Source: Terriglobia bacterium
GTDB lineage: Bacteria > Acidobacteriota > Terriglobia > Bryobacterales > UBA6623
Length of the DNA stretch: 64,000 nucleotides
Reading direction: 5' to 3'
Assembly (NCBI GenBank): GCA_009841225.1
Contig: VXMF01000001.1
Coordinates: 40,937 to 104,936, forward strand
The position numbers were made by a program, and so were the translations under genes. Each line of letters starts with the position of its first letter. Within the stretch, counting starts at the first letter, position 1. Positions 48,053 to 57,622 of this stretch are shown here, one piece after another. Below the pieces are notes generated by a model. The model saw only the letters and a program-made list of their open reading frames with translations, did no database searches and had not been told where the DNA came from.

Positions 48053-48238
48053 ATGTCCAAGGAGTTGACCGCGATTATCGAGAGCGAAGCGGACGGCTAC
48101 GTAGCACTTTGCCCCGAGTTGGACGTGGCTAGCCAAGGTGACACCGTGATCGAAGCGCGCTCCAACCTACAAGAGGCTCTTGAGTTGTTTTTTGAAACCG
48201 CTGCAAAGACCGAGATCGAGCAACGCTTTGGTTCATAG
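48053..48238 (+). CDS. HicB-family antitoxin-like small protein (no HicA partner seen)
   Basis: LTAIIESEADGYVALCPELDVASQGDTVIEARSNLQEALELFFE matches the HicB N-terminal (RNase H-like) fold signature. Alternative start at ATG 48020. The rest of track ORF 47705.. has no support. Confidence 0.65.
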   Translation: MSKELTAIIESEADGYVALCPELDVASQGDTVIEARSNLQEALELFFETAAKTEIEQRFGS

Positions 48239-48375
48239 GGGTACGTGACTGCCGCCGAGGTGGCGATTGGCTGAGATCCGAGTGCTTTCGGCGTCGAGTG
48301 TTTGCAGGATCCTATCGGGCGCAGCATGGCACAGTCCTTGCTTGTCCCGATCCGAGCTGTTGTTACGCTGAAGCA

Positions 48376-49284
48376 ATGCACGCTCCGGCCACACTGCTCA
48401 GCGCAGAGGCGCTGGAGCGGCTCGAGCGGCTGACGATCCGCTGGACGCAGTCCTTTCAGGGGCGGATCGGCGGTGACATCGTGTCCCGCTACCCGGGCGT
48501 CGGACACGAGTTCCTGGACCACCGCAATTTCCAGCGGGGCGACGACCTGCGCGCCGTCAACTGGCGCGCCTACATGCGCCTCGAGCGCATGTTCCTGAAG
48601 CTCTTCCGGTCCGAGCCGCGGATTCCCGTGCGAATCCTGATCGACACCAGCGAGTCTATGGCGGTCGGCGGAGAGGATGCCTCGGATTCCAAGTTCGCCT
48701 ATGCCTGCCGCTTGGCCGCCTCGCTGTGCTACGTCGGCTTGGTCCGCCTCGAGACCATCGTGCTGCAACCCTTCGCGGACACACTCTCGGATTCGTTTCG
48801 AGCGCACGGGGGAAGACTCCGCTACGGCCAGGCGGCGGAATACATCTCGAACCTCGAAACCGGCGGCGGCACGGCCTTCCAGCGCCCGGTGCGGGACTAC
48901 CTGATGAAGTTTCCCGTCCCAGGGATCACGTTCGTGCTGAGCGACTTCTTGGACAGCGCAGGAGGGAACCTGCCGCTGGACCACTTGGTCAACGAAGGCC
49001 ACGAGGTTCACTTGCTCCAGATCGCCTCGCCCAGCGATCGCGAGCCTCCCTGGCGCGGCGATCTCGAACTGTTCGACGCCGAGACGGACTCGGTGCTGCA
49101 GGTCAGCCTTGACGACCGCTCGGCTCGCGAGTATCGCGACTCGTACGACGAGTTTTGCCGCTCTCTCGAGCGACATGCCAAGCGATCCGGCGCGCAATAC
49201 CTGCACCTCTCAACGGCCGAGCCGATCGAGAGCGTGCTGTTTCAGGAATTGCCCGCCACTCGCCACGCGACGGGACCGCAATAG
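48376..49284 (+). CDS. DUF58 domain-containing protein (MoxR-system associated, VWA-like)
   Basis: GVGHEFLDHRNFQRGDDLRAVNWRAYMRLERMFLKLF and PVRILIDTSESM are characteristic DUF58 segments. Confidence 0.85.
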   Translation: MHAPATLLSAEALERLERLTIRWTQSFQGRIGGDIVSRYPGVGHEFLDHRNFQRGDDLRAVNWRAYMRLERMFLKLFRSEPRIPVRILIDTSESMAVGGEDASDSKFAYACRLAASLCYVGLVRLETIVLQPFADTLSDSFRAHGGRLRYGQAAEYISNLETGGGTAFQRPVRDYLMKFPVPGITFVLSDFLDSAGGNLPLDHLVNEGHEVHLLQIASPSDREPPWRGDLELFDAETDSVLQVSLDDRSAREYRDSYDEFCRSLERHAKRSGAQYLHLSTAEPIESVLFQELPATRHATGPQ

Positions 49285-49287
49285 GCC

Positions 49288-51207
49288 ATGGGACTGCTCA
49301 ATCTCGCCCTGGCGCAACTGGTCGGGATCTTCGCGCCAATCGCCGGCCTTCTCGTCGCCCTGTACTTCTACGACCGCTCGCGCCGCAGGGTGCTTGTGTC
49401 GACGCTGCGCTTCTGGCCCAAGCGGCCCGCTCCCGCGACGCGGCAGCGCCACAAGCGCATCCAGCATCCGCTTTCCCTGATCTTGCAGCTGATCGCGCTT
49501 GGGTTGTTGCTGCTCGCTATCGCGGATCCCCGGCCCGGCACTTCCGATGCTACGGCACAACGTCGCGTGATCGTCCTGGACACTTCGGCCTCGATGGCGC
49601 TGGCCGACGGCAACGGCGTCAACCTGATGGACCAAGCCAAGACCCTGGCCCTGGCCTATATCAGCTCCCTGCCCGCTGGCGATCAGGCAATGCTGATCGA
49701 AGCAGACGGCTCTCCCATGGTCCGGGTGCCGTTCACGCGAGACCGCCAGCTGCTGCGCGACAGCGTCTCCACAGCGGAGCCCAGCTTGACTCCGCTCGAC
49801 ATCGGCGCTGCATTCGACCTAGCCGACGGCACGCTCCGGCTTGCGCTGAATTCGGGCGGCGAGCCGCTGGCAGACAATGCAGGAGCGGGAGAGACGGTCT
49901 ACATAGGCCCGGGACGATTCGACGGCGAGCCGGTTCGCGCTGGAGTGCTGCCGAGCGTCCGCTACCTGCAGACAGAGGCTCCTAGCGACTCGTTGGGAAT
50001 TCTCTCGCTGGAGGCCTCAGCCGACCTCGCGGAGCGAGGCAAGTGGAATGTCGCGCTCGAGGCGCGGAATTACGGCTCTGAAACCACCACGGCCCGCATC
50101 GATTTCTTCTTCAGTGACAGGCTTCTGGGCCATCGCAACCTTTCCATCGCGGAGGGCGGAGACGAGAGCCTCCAGTTCACTCTCAGAAGCCAGCATCCAG
50201 GCAGGCTGCGGGCGCAACTCGCCGCAGACGATGCCTACCCGCAGAACAACGTAGCGACAGTCGCGATTCCCGCCCCGGACCGCACTCGCGTCCAGATCCA
50301 CGGAGCGTCCGAACGGGAGTTCGGGCCGCTGCTCGCGGCCGGCGCCCGCATCGAGGCCGACTATGTGGAATCCCCCGAGGACCTGACCCCCGATGCCATC
50401 CATGTCTGGGCCCGCGGTGGAGGCACCGGATCGTCAAGCCGCGCAATCTACCTCGCTCCCCCGGGCACCCAGTCACCGATCGCAGAGGCGGCGTCTGCAC
50501 GCAGAAGCGCGGTTTCGGAGTGGTCGGCCTCGCACCAGCTTGCCAAGGGAATCCGTGACCCCGACCTGATTCCAGACCGTGTTCGCGTATTCACGCCTAG
50601 CCCCGGGGACGACGTTATCGCCAGCACAGCTGACGGACCCGTCATCGTCGCGCGGTCCGACGACGACAAGAGACTCGTAGCCTTAGGCTTCGATCTGACG
50701 GACCCGTCGGTCCGCGACCGCTTGTCCGCGCCGATGCTCTTCGCGAACGCGGTCTCGTGGCTGGACTCTGCGGCGTTCCGCGCGGAGGCGGTCGCCGCCC
50801 GAGGTCCGGGCGCGGTGACCATCGAGGCCCCGAATTCCGCCCCGCACCAGATCTCCGTCCGCACGGCTAGCGGCGCCAAGGTCCCGTGGGTGCTCTCCGA
50901 CGGGAAGGTTCGCTTCTACGGCGACCAGCGGGACACCTACCGCGCGACGACCGCCGATCACGACCTGACCCTCATCTTGCAGCAGCCGCAGATCCCGAGC
51001 GCTAGCTGGGAACCGTCCGAATCGGTCTTGCGCGGTGTGCCATCAAGACTGGCCGGGATGGGCGAATCGTGGATACTCTGGCCGTGGCTCGCGGCTCTCG
51101 GGGCATTGATCCTGCTGTACGACTGGATCCGCTTCGGACGGGGGCGGCGCCTGACCGCTGAGACGGTTCAGGCCGCATCACAACATGCACCGGAGGGCAG
51201 GCTGTGA
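49288..51207 (+). CDS. BatA-like protein (N-terminal double-TM aerotolerance domain + VWA-like region)
   Basis: N-terminal MGLLNLALAQLVGIFAPIAGLLVALYFYD...RFW...LSLILQLIALGLLLLAIADP (double-TM BatA_N). RRVIVLDTSASM. C-terminal TM helix. Confidence 0.78.
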   Translation: MGLLNLALAQLVGIFAPIAGLLVALYFYDRSRRRVLVSTLRFWPKRPAPATRQRHKRIQHPLSLILQLIALGLLLLAIADPRPGTSDATAQRRVIVLDTSASMALADGNGVNLMDQAKTLALAYISSLPAGDQAMLIEADGSPMVRVPFTRDRQLLRDSVSTAEPSLTPLDIGAAFDLADGTLRLALNSGGEPLADNAGAGETVYIGPGRFDGEPVRAGVLPSVRYLQTEAPSDSLGILSLEASADLAERGKWNVALEARNYGSETTTARIDFFFSDRLLGHRNLSIAEGGDESLQFTLRSQHPGRLRAQLAADDAYPQNNVATVAIPAPDRTRVQIHGASEREFGPLLAAGARIEADYVESPEDLTPDAIHVWARGGGTGSSSRAIYLAPPGTQSPIAEAASARRSAVSEWSASHQLAKGIRDPDLIPDRVRVFTPSPGDDVIASTADGPVIVARSDDDKRLVALGFDLTDPSVRDRLSAPMLFANAVSWLDSAAFRAEAVAARGPGAVTIEAPNSAPHQISVRTASGAKVPWVLSDGKVRFYGDQRDTYRATTADHDLTLILQQPQIPSASWEPSESVLRGVPSRLAGMGESWILWPWLAALGALILLYDWIRFGRGRRLTAETVQAASQHAPEGRL

Positions 51208-53657
51208 CGCTGGAAACCGCCTGGCCTCTGCTGCTGTTGATTCCGCTGCTGGCGTGGGCCGCCCGCGAGTGGACGCACACCCCGAGGCGGCTAGGCCTGT
51301 TGCTGAAGACCCTGGCGCTGGCAGCGGTGTGCTTGGCACTCTGCCAGCCTCAATGGCGCATCTCCGAGACCTACGCCGCGGTCGCGATCCTGAGCGACGC
51401 TTCGGACAGCATCCCGGAAGAGCAGCGCGGACAGCAGGAGGCGTTCCTGCAGCGAGCCCGAGCGGCGGGCCGAGGACACACGCTGCGCGAGCTGGAATTC
51501 GGCAAGCTGCCCGTGCGGCAGCTCCGTGACAGCGAAGCCAGCCGCTCGACAAACCTGGAGGCAGCGCTGCGCAACGCGCTGGGCGCACTGCCGGCCGACC
51601 GGGTGCCGCGGCTGGTGTTAGTCAGCGACGGCCACGCCAGCGAGGGAGCGGTCGAGCGTGCGGTTTACCAAGCCTGGAGTCGCAACGTGCCGGTTGACAC
51701 CCTTGCCCTGGCGGGGCGGGCCGAACCGAGGCTCCGCCTAGCGGGCATGCGCATGCCCTCGCAAGCGTACGTCGGCGAGAGCTTCCCGATCGAGTTCGAG
51801 ATCGAGAGCCCCGAGTCCGTGCGCGCCAGCCTCGAACTGCTCGCGGACGGGCAACTGATCGGAAGCGAGCAAGTGGCGCTGCAAGCCGGCACGAGCGCCG
51901 TCGTGGCACGGGCCAAGCTCGAAAGCCCCGGGGCAACCTTGGTGGAGGGCAAGCTCACGACTGCTGCCGAGGAGCAGGTGCGCTTCGCCGGCGCGGTATC
52001 CATCCACGAGCCGCGCGCTCTGCTGATCTCCTCCGACTCCGACCAGCAGAACGCTTCCCTGGCAGGCGTCTTGGTGGGATCGGGATTCCAGCTCGAGCGC
52101 GCGCCGGCGGCAGCGGTGCGCGATGCAGAGAGCCTCGACTACGACTTGGTGATCTGCTCGAACGAAGACTTCGAAGCCTGGCCCGAGACAGTCAAGGAGC
52201 GACTTGCCAAATTTGTGCGCGCCGGCGGCGGCTTCCTCCTCATCGCGGGCGAGAAGAATCTCTATCGCGAGAGCACCCACGAGGAACCGGACGAACTGCA
52301 ATCGATGCTGCCGGCGATCCTGGCACCGCCACGCACGCCGGAAGGAACGGCCGTGGTGTTGGTCGTGGACAAGTCCTCGTCGATGGAGGGCAAGAAGATG
52401 CAGCTCGCACGGCAGTCGGCCCTAGGCGTGGTCGAGAACCTGCGAGCCATCGACAGCGTGGGAGTGCTGGCATTCGACAATTCGTTCGAATGGGCCGCCC
52501 CCCTGCAGCGGAACGAGATGCCAGCCGACACCAAGCGGATGATCAGCGGAATCGTGGCGGACGGCGGCACCCAGATCGCGCCGGCCCTGGGCGAGGCGTA
52601 CAGGATCATCCGGCCACAGCAGGCCGTGTACAAGCACATCCTGCTGCTGACGGACGGAATCTCGGAAGAAGGCGACAGCATCGCACTTGCGCGCGAAGCC
52701 GCTGCCAACGAGGTAACGATCTCGACGATCGGCTTGGGCCAAGACGTCAATCGCTCGTACCTGGAGCGCGTAGCCCGCAGCGCCGAGGGGCAATCCTATT
52801 TCCTGATCGATATCTCGGCACTGGAGCAGATCGTGCTCAAAGACGTGATGGAGCACACCGGCACATCCGTCACGGAGCGGGAATTCGTGCCGTTCGCCGA
52901 GCGTGACTTCGAGATTCTCGAAGGCTTGGACCTGGCCGAACCGGGCCCGCTGCTGGGCTGGGTCAAGTTCGAGGTCAAGCCAGCGGCGGACACGATCCTG
53001 CACGCCGCTGACGATGACCCCTTGTTCGCGCGCTGGCAGTTCGGCCTCGGACGTTCGGCCGTATTCACGTCCGACGCCAAAGATCGCTGGGCGACCAACT
53101 GGGTAGCTTGGAAGGGATTCGACACTTTTTGGTCGAACTCTCTGCGGGATCTGTTGCCGAGGGCGGCCCGCACCGCCGTACAGACGGAGTACGACGCCAG
53201 CACCGATGAGATCGTGGTGCGCTTCAGCCCGTCGTCGGACGACAGGCCGGACGATCTGCCCGATCTCTACGCACTGGGCCCGGATGGCTACAGATCTGTC
53301 GCGACACCGAGACCGACCGGAGGGGGATTCGAGGCTCGCTTCCCGTCCGAAGGACTCCACGGATTGTTCCGCATCCGGCCCGCCGAGAGGTCCCGCGCGT
53401 TTCCAGAAGCCGCGTACTACCGCGAGAATTCCGAATTGAGCCGGTACGGCTCAGACTCTGACTTGCTCCAGACCATTGCTGCCGCGACGGGCGGGCGCAC
53501 GAATCCCGCCCCCGAAGAACTCTTCGCCACGGGAGGACGGGCGATCGAGCGCTGGATGGATCTGTGGCCAGCCCTGCTGGTATTGGCGATCCTGCTGAAC
53601 TTCGTCGAGCTCCTCGCCCGCAAGGGATGGCTCCCCGTGCTGGGGCGCTGGGCCTGA
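51204..53657 (+). CDS. membrane-anchored VWA domain protein
   Basis: MIDAS-type VWA (VVLVVDKSSSMEG...GGTQIAPAL...ILLLTDGISEEGD...ISTIGLG). N- and C-terminal TM helices. GTGA overlap with the upstream gene. Confidence 0.82.
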   Translation: MTLETAWPLLLLIPLLAWAAREWTHTPRRLGLLLKTLALAAVCLALCQPQWRISETYAAVAILSDASDSIPEEQRGQQEAFLQRARAAGRGHTLRELEFGKLPVRQLRDSEASRSTNLEAALRNALGALPADRVPRLVLVSDGHASEGAVERAVYQAWSRNVPVDTLALAGRAEPRLRLAGMRMPSQAYVGESFPIEFEIESPESVRASLELLADGQLIGSEQVALQAGTSAVVARAKLESPGATLVEGKLTTAAEEQVRFAGAVSIHEPRALLISSDSDQQNASLAGVLVGSGFQLERAPAAAVRDAESLDYDLVICSNEDFEAWPETVKERLAKFVRAGGGFLLIAGEKNLYRESTHEEPDELQSMLPAILAPPRTPEGTAVVLVVDKSSSMEGKKMQLARQSALGVVENLRAIDSVGVLAFDNSFEWAAPLQRNEMPADTKRMISGIVADGGTQIAPALGEAYRIIRPQQAVYKHILLLTDGISEEGDSIALAREAAANEVTISTIGLGQDVNRSYLERVARSAEGQSYFLIDISALEQIVLKDVMEHTGTSVTEREFVPFAERDFEILEGLDLAEPGPLLGWVKFEVKPAADTILHAADDDPLFARWQFGLGRSAVFTSDAKDRWATNWVAWKGFDTFWSNSLRDLLPRAARTAVQTEYDASTDEIVVRFSPSSDDRPDDLPDLYALGPDGYRSVATPRPTGGGFEARFPSEGLHGLFRIRPAERSRAFPEAAYYRENSELSRYGSDSDLLQTIAAATGGRTNPAPEELFATGGRAIERWMDLWPALLVLAILLNFVELLARKGWLPVLGRWA

Positions 53658-53691
53658 GGGCCCGCGAAGCCGATGCTATCCTTGGACTCGT

Positions 53692-53931
53692 ATGGCGATC
53701 CGCATGTACTCGACCCAGTGGTGCTCGGACTGCTGGCGGGCCAAGAATTTCCTCCGCAAGCAAGGCATCGAGTTCACTGAGATCGACATCGAGGACGACG
53801 ATCGCGCCGCAGACCTCGTTATGCACCACAACGACGGCAAGCGTCGGGTGCCCACTTTCGACATCGACGGCGAATTCTACGGCAATCCGAACATCCCGGA
53901 ACTGGCACGCATCCTCGGTGTCGCGATCTGA
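53692..53931 (+). CDS. glutaredoxin/NrdH/mycoredoxin-like small redoxin
   Basis: 79 aa with active site WCSDCWRAK (CxxC) and cis-Pro segment RRVPTF. Confidence 0.82.
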   Translation: MAIRMYSTQWCSDCWRAKNFLRKQGIEFTEIDIEDDDRAADLVMHHNDGKRRVPTFDIDGEFYGNPNIPELARILGVAI

Positions 53932-53954
53932 GGGATTCGCGTTGCCAGCCTTGC

Positions 53955-54944
53955 TTGATGCAGCCCGCCGCGACAGACACTCGCGCCTCCGGCGCGGATC
54001 CTGAGAAAGCGACTCCGCAGTCTCGGAGCGACTTCCTCGACTTCGTCCATTCGCACTGCTTGCGCCGCACCGAAAAGACGGCGGAGCGATTGGCAGCGGC
54101 GCGCTCCGATCCAACCGCCTCCGCCGTACACGACCTGCGGGTGGCGGCACGGCGCTTGCTCTACACCCTGGACTGCTTTTCCACCTTGCTGGACCCGGAT
54201 CGAGCGGCCGACTTCCGCAAGCGGGTCAAATCGATCCTCTCGGCTGCCCGGCGGGTCCGCGAGCTAGACGTCGCGCTCGAGCTCGTCTCTGAACTGGATT
54301 CGGGCATGGGAAACTCGCTTGCGGACGATCTGCGGCGAATGCGTGAGACGGCAACACGGATCATGGGCGAACAGCTGGAGCGCAAACGGGTTCAGAACCT
54401 CACACAGCGATGGCTCAGCAGTGCGAGCGGCTCCGCGCCCGAATCCGTCGAGGACAGATCGGCGGCGACTACGGCGGGCCGAAGGCCGTTTACCCACTTG
54501 TCTTGGATGCCCGATCAATCCTGCGAGGCGAACGCCAGCGCGATCCTGCCCACGCTAGCAGTGCATTTCTTCCAACAAGGACGCGCCGCTTGCACCGAGG
54601 GCACTGCGCCAGAGGAACTGCACGCATTTCGACTCGCGAGCAAGCGACTGCGCTATTGCCTGGAACTCTTCTCCGAGCAGTATGGCCCATCGCTGGCCAC
54701 GCGGCTTGGGGCCTTGCGAGACATCCAAGGGCGACTTGGGGCGCTAAGCGACTACGACTCCACCATCCGGCTGCTCCATTCGGCTGAAGCACCGGACGAT
54801 GCAGCCTCGCAGCGGCTGCTGACCGTCTTTTCTGTCCGCCAAAGTGACGCGACCGAGTCCTTCCTCAAGTCTTGGAAGCGGCATTTCGACACACCGAAGG
54901 CCGAAGACGATTGGAGAAGCTATCTGACCCTGCGACAGGAGTGA
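53955..54944 (+). CDS. CHAD domain-containing protein
   Basis: Repeated CHAD helices with the conserved His/Arg pattern (VHDLRVAARRLLY; LHAFRLASKRLRYCLELF; LRDIQGRLGALSDYD). Confidence 0.8.
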   Translation: MMQPAATDTRASGADPEKATPQSRSDFLDFVHSHCLRRTEKTAERLAAARSDPTASAVHDLRVAARRLLYTLDCFSTLLDPDRAADFRKRVKSILSAARRVRELDVALELVSELDSGMGNSLADDLRRMRETATRIMGEQLERKRVQNLTQRWLSSASGSAPESVEDRSAATTAGRRPFTHLSWMPDQSCEANASAILPTLAVHFFQQGRAACTEGTAPEELHAFRLASKRLRYCLELFSEQYGPSLATRLGALRDIQGRLGALSDYDSTIRLLHSAEAPDDAASQRLLTVFSVRQSDATESFLKSWKRHFDTPKAEDDWRSYLTLRQE

Positions 54945-55180
54945 ATCTCGCCGATTCAGGGGTAGACTCCTCGACGCAGCGTCAGGTAGAGGATCGGGTC
55001 AAGATCGCCAGCCCCCAGGCCGCACTTGTCGGCGCAGCCTTGCCGATAGTCTTGATGGCGTTGCGCCACCATTTCCGGGACCGCCACGAAATGCTGGTGG
55101 CGATGAAGTTAGTGGGTCCTGGGGGTCACTGCGCCGCGGGGCTCGGAGGCGAGCGATGACCAGCCCAGGGTCGGTCTCGG

Positions 55181-56494
55181 CTAGAGCCGGACGACGAGGG
55201 TGGTGTACAGGTAGGTCTGCGATTCCCCGCCCGGCACGTGACGCTCGACGAAGGGCCCGGCGAAGAACCGGAAGAAGCCGACGACGAGCTGGACCCGCTC
55301 TGTCGGGCGGTAGCGCAGGACCGCGTCCAGCTCCGAGCCGACCGATCCCGTGCTGCTGCCGCCTTCCGGAGCCCGGGCCTCCAGCGCATTGCTCGCAGCG
55401 TATAGGCCGTCGTTCCGGCTGGCCAAGCGATGCGAGATGTACTCGACCTCGATCTCCAGCTCCTCTCGCGGGTGAATCCGCACGCCGCCGTTGAGGTACT
55501 GCAGATTCCTGAGAGCCACGAGATCCTGCTCGCCGTAGTGCCGGTGTCGGGATATGAAGAACGGCTCGAAGGTGGAGTTCGTTCTGTCAAGCGGGTTCGC
55601 GTCCCCGCTGCCATGGCTCCACTCGAAACCAACCCTCGGCCGAGCCGGCAGCCGCTCAAAGGTCTTGCCCAGTCCGGCCGTGCCAGACCAGGCCCGCTTG
55701 TCGAGGCCGCCGACGTCTCCGCCCTGCCCCATCAGGATGAACTCGTAGTCCCAGGTGCTGTCCAGTACCCCCGAGAAGCGCGAGCCGATGGTGCGCAGCT
55801 GGCCGCCGACGTTCGATCCGGCATTGACGGGCTGCCGCGTCAGCAGAACGAAGGGCTCGATCCTCAGCCCCTCCACCCACGAACGGATGGAGCCGACCGC
55901 TCCAGCCACGGCAGTTGCCGTGTTCAGAAAATCCGGGCCCTCCCGGACCTTGGCATGCGAGACGGCGAACACGTCGACGCTGTCCTCGCCCCGCCGCAGG
56001 ATCAGCTTTCCGCCGTCCCAAACAGGCGTGGTGTTGCTCCAGTTGCGCGCGCCAATCAAACGGCCCTCGAAGTAGTCGAGCTCCTGCCTCCCAGCGCGCA
56101 GGGTCACCGGGCCGGACTCGTGCCCGAGCGCCACGTACAACTGGCGAAAGCCCAGGTTATGGAAACGCAGCGGGTTGCCACCGGGATCAAGGCCCCCGAC
56201 GCGCGCGTCCTGCGCCTGGACGACCACGCCTACGTGCTTGGCCGGCCGCAGGCCGAGGTTGAGCCTCAGCCTCGACAGGGCGAAGCTGTCCACGCCCTCG
56301 GGATTGACGCCGTTGCCGCTGCGGGTCTCTCCGCGGAACCTGAGCTCGGCACCGACCTCGAAGCGCGGCTCGGGCGCGGCCCCGTCCTGGCCGGCCAAGC
56401 CGCCGCCGGAAGCTGTACAGGCGATCGAGAGGAGCGCGCGCGCCAGCACCCCGCCGGCTGCCGGCCAGGCCGGGATGCGTGCCAGGGAAGCCAT
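55181..56494 (-). CDS. outer-membrane beta-barrel porin, alginate-export (AlgE-like) family
   Basis: Signal MASLARIPAWPAAGGVLARALLSIAC. Alternating beta-strand pattern. ELRFRGE...ALSRLRLNLGL...VVVQAQDARV and the terminal aromatic-rich strand resemble Alginate_exp proteins. Family call is moderately confident. Confidence 0.55.
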   Translation of the reverse strand: MASLARIPAWPAAGGVLARALLSIACTASGGGLAGQDGAAPEPRFEVGAELRFRGETRSGNGVNPEGVDSFALSRLRLNLGLRPAKHVGVVVQAQDARVGGLDPGGNPLRFHNLGFRQLYVALGHESGPVTLRAGRQELDYFEGRLIGARNWSNTTPVWDGGKLILRRGEDSVDVFAVSHAKVREGPDFLNTATAVAGAVGSIRSWVEGLRIEPFVLLTRQPVNAGSNVGGQLRTIGSRFSGVLDSTWDYEFILMGQGGDVGGLDKRAWSGTAGLGKTFERLPARPRVGFEWSHGSGDANPLDRTNSTFEPFFISRHRHYGEQDLVALRNLQYLNGGVRIHPREELEIEVEYISHRLASRNDGLYAASNALEARAPEGGSSTGSVGSELDAVLRYRPTERVQLVVGFFRFFAGPFVERHVPGGESQTYLYTTLVVRL

Positions 56495-56644
56495 TTCCGC
56501 ACTCCGCCGGCCCAAGCGAGCAATGTAGCACGGCCGGCCTGACCGGCCCCGGCGGCCAGCTCGGCCGCCAGGCAGCCAGGCAAGTTCAAAGTCCGCCTTC
56601 GCGCTTATCGGCCCGGATCGCTCGCTACCCCTGCAAATCCGTCG

Positions 56645-57622
56645 CTAGGCACCGCAAGCTACGTCCAGGAACAGGTCGACGAATCGGTCGGCGTCGACCT
56701 TTGTGGCGACCATCGCCGATGCCACCTCTGCCGAACTAGCGTCCCTGCCTACCAGCATCATGCCCCGCGTCAACCCCGGAGTGTCAATCACGTCACAAGG
56801 CAGGCGCTCAGTGCTGACAAGTGTCGGGTCAATCGCCACTCCTACAGCCAATGGGTCATGCATGACACAAGCATGGCTGCCGCTTTCCTTGCGGCCGAAC
56901 TCGAAGTACGGGCGGCTGACATCGCCGAGGAAGGAGCGCAGCCGCGTTGGCTGGACTGCTGCCAAACGCTGGTGGAACCGGTCCTTGTAAAGAAGCGTTC
57001 TGCGCGTCACGTTCAGGCCTACCAGCGTCGCCGGAAGTCCCGCCCGGATCACGGCCTTGGCAGCCGTCGCGTCGGAATAGAAGTTGAACTCGGCTCTTGG
57101 CGTGATGTTGCCCTGGCCGTCATCTGTTCCGCCCATCACAACCAGCTGGCCTATGCCGGACATCGCGCTCCGGTCTCGTTCAATCGCCTTGGCGACGTTC
57201 GTGAGAGGCCCTAGCGCAACGATGGTCAGAGCCTTGCCATGCTGGCGGGCCAGTTCAACCATGGCCTGGGTGGCATGGCCACCGGCCACGGCAAGTTCCC
57301 GCACGGGATAGCTTGGCGTGATCCCGCCCAGGCCGTCATTGCCATGCACGTCGCCAGCGCGAGCGACCTTGCCACCCAACGGGCGCGCGTGCCCTTTGTA
57401 TACCGGCGGGACCGAGGACGGGCCAACAGCCTCTAGGATCCGCAGGGTGTTGGCAGTGCAGGCGGACAGCGACACATTCCCGGCAACCACGGTGATCGCC
57501 TTCACATCCAGCGCTGGCGAGCGCAAGGCTAGGACCAGCGCGAGAGCGTCGTCAAGGCCGGGATCCGTGTCGATAACGACCGGTTTGCGCGACTGCTTGC
57601 CCTCTTGGCCACTTGCCGACAT
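56645..57622 (-). CDS. nucleoside hydrolase (IUNH family)
   Basis: N-terminal DTDPGLDDALAL (DxDxxxDD fingerprint). GGAG lies 8 nt upstream of ATG 57622; track start is 57679. Confidence 0.88.
   Translation of the reverse strand: MSASGQEGKQSRKPVVIDTDPGLDDALALVLALRSPALDVKAITVVAGNVSLSACTANTLRILEAVGPSSVPPVYKGHARPLGGKVARAGDVHGNDGLGGITPSYPVRELAVAGGHATQAMVELARQHGKALTIVALGPLTNVAKAIERDRSAMSGIGQLVVMGGTDDGQGNITPRAEFNFYSDATAAKAVIRAGLPATLVGLNVTRRTLLYKDRFHQRLAAVQPTRLRSFLGDVSRPYFEFGRKESGSHACVMHDPLAVGVAIDPTLVSTERLPCDVIDTPGLTRGMMLVGRDASSAEVASAMVATKVDADRFVDLFLDVACGA

Noticed and set aside
47840-48060. Search for a HicA toxin ORF next to the HicB-like gene.
   Set aside because: None of the three plus-strand frames, nor the minus frames, gives a HicA-like (…GSH…) small protein. 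Reported as an orphan instead.
46100-48290. Similar 11-13-mers flanking the XRE-ImmA/PIN/HicB islet (ggatctgagtgcc near 46115 versus agatccgagtgct near 48275), considered as possible att-like direct repeats.
   Set aside because: They are short and imperfect, there is no integrase, and the match is compatible with chance in 64 kb.
54945-55180. ORF 54872..55159 (+, 95 aa) and small minus-strand ORFs in the gap between the convergent CHAD and porin genes.
   Set aside because: No motifs, overlap with the CHAD gene end, and poor start context. Treated as non-coding.
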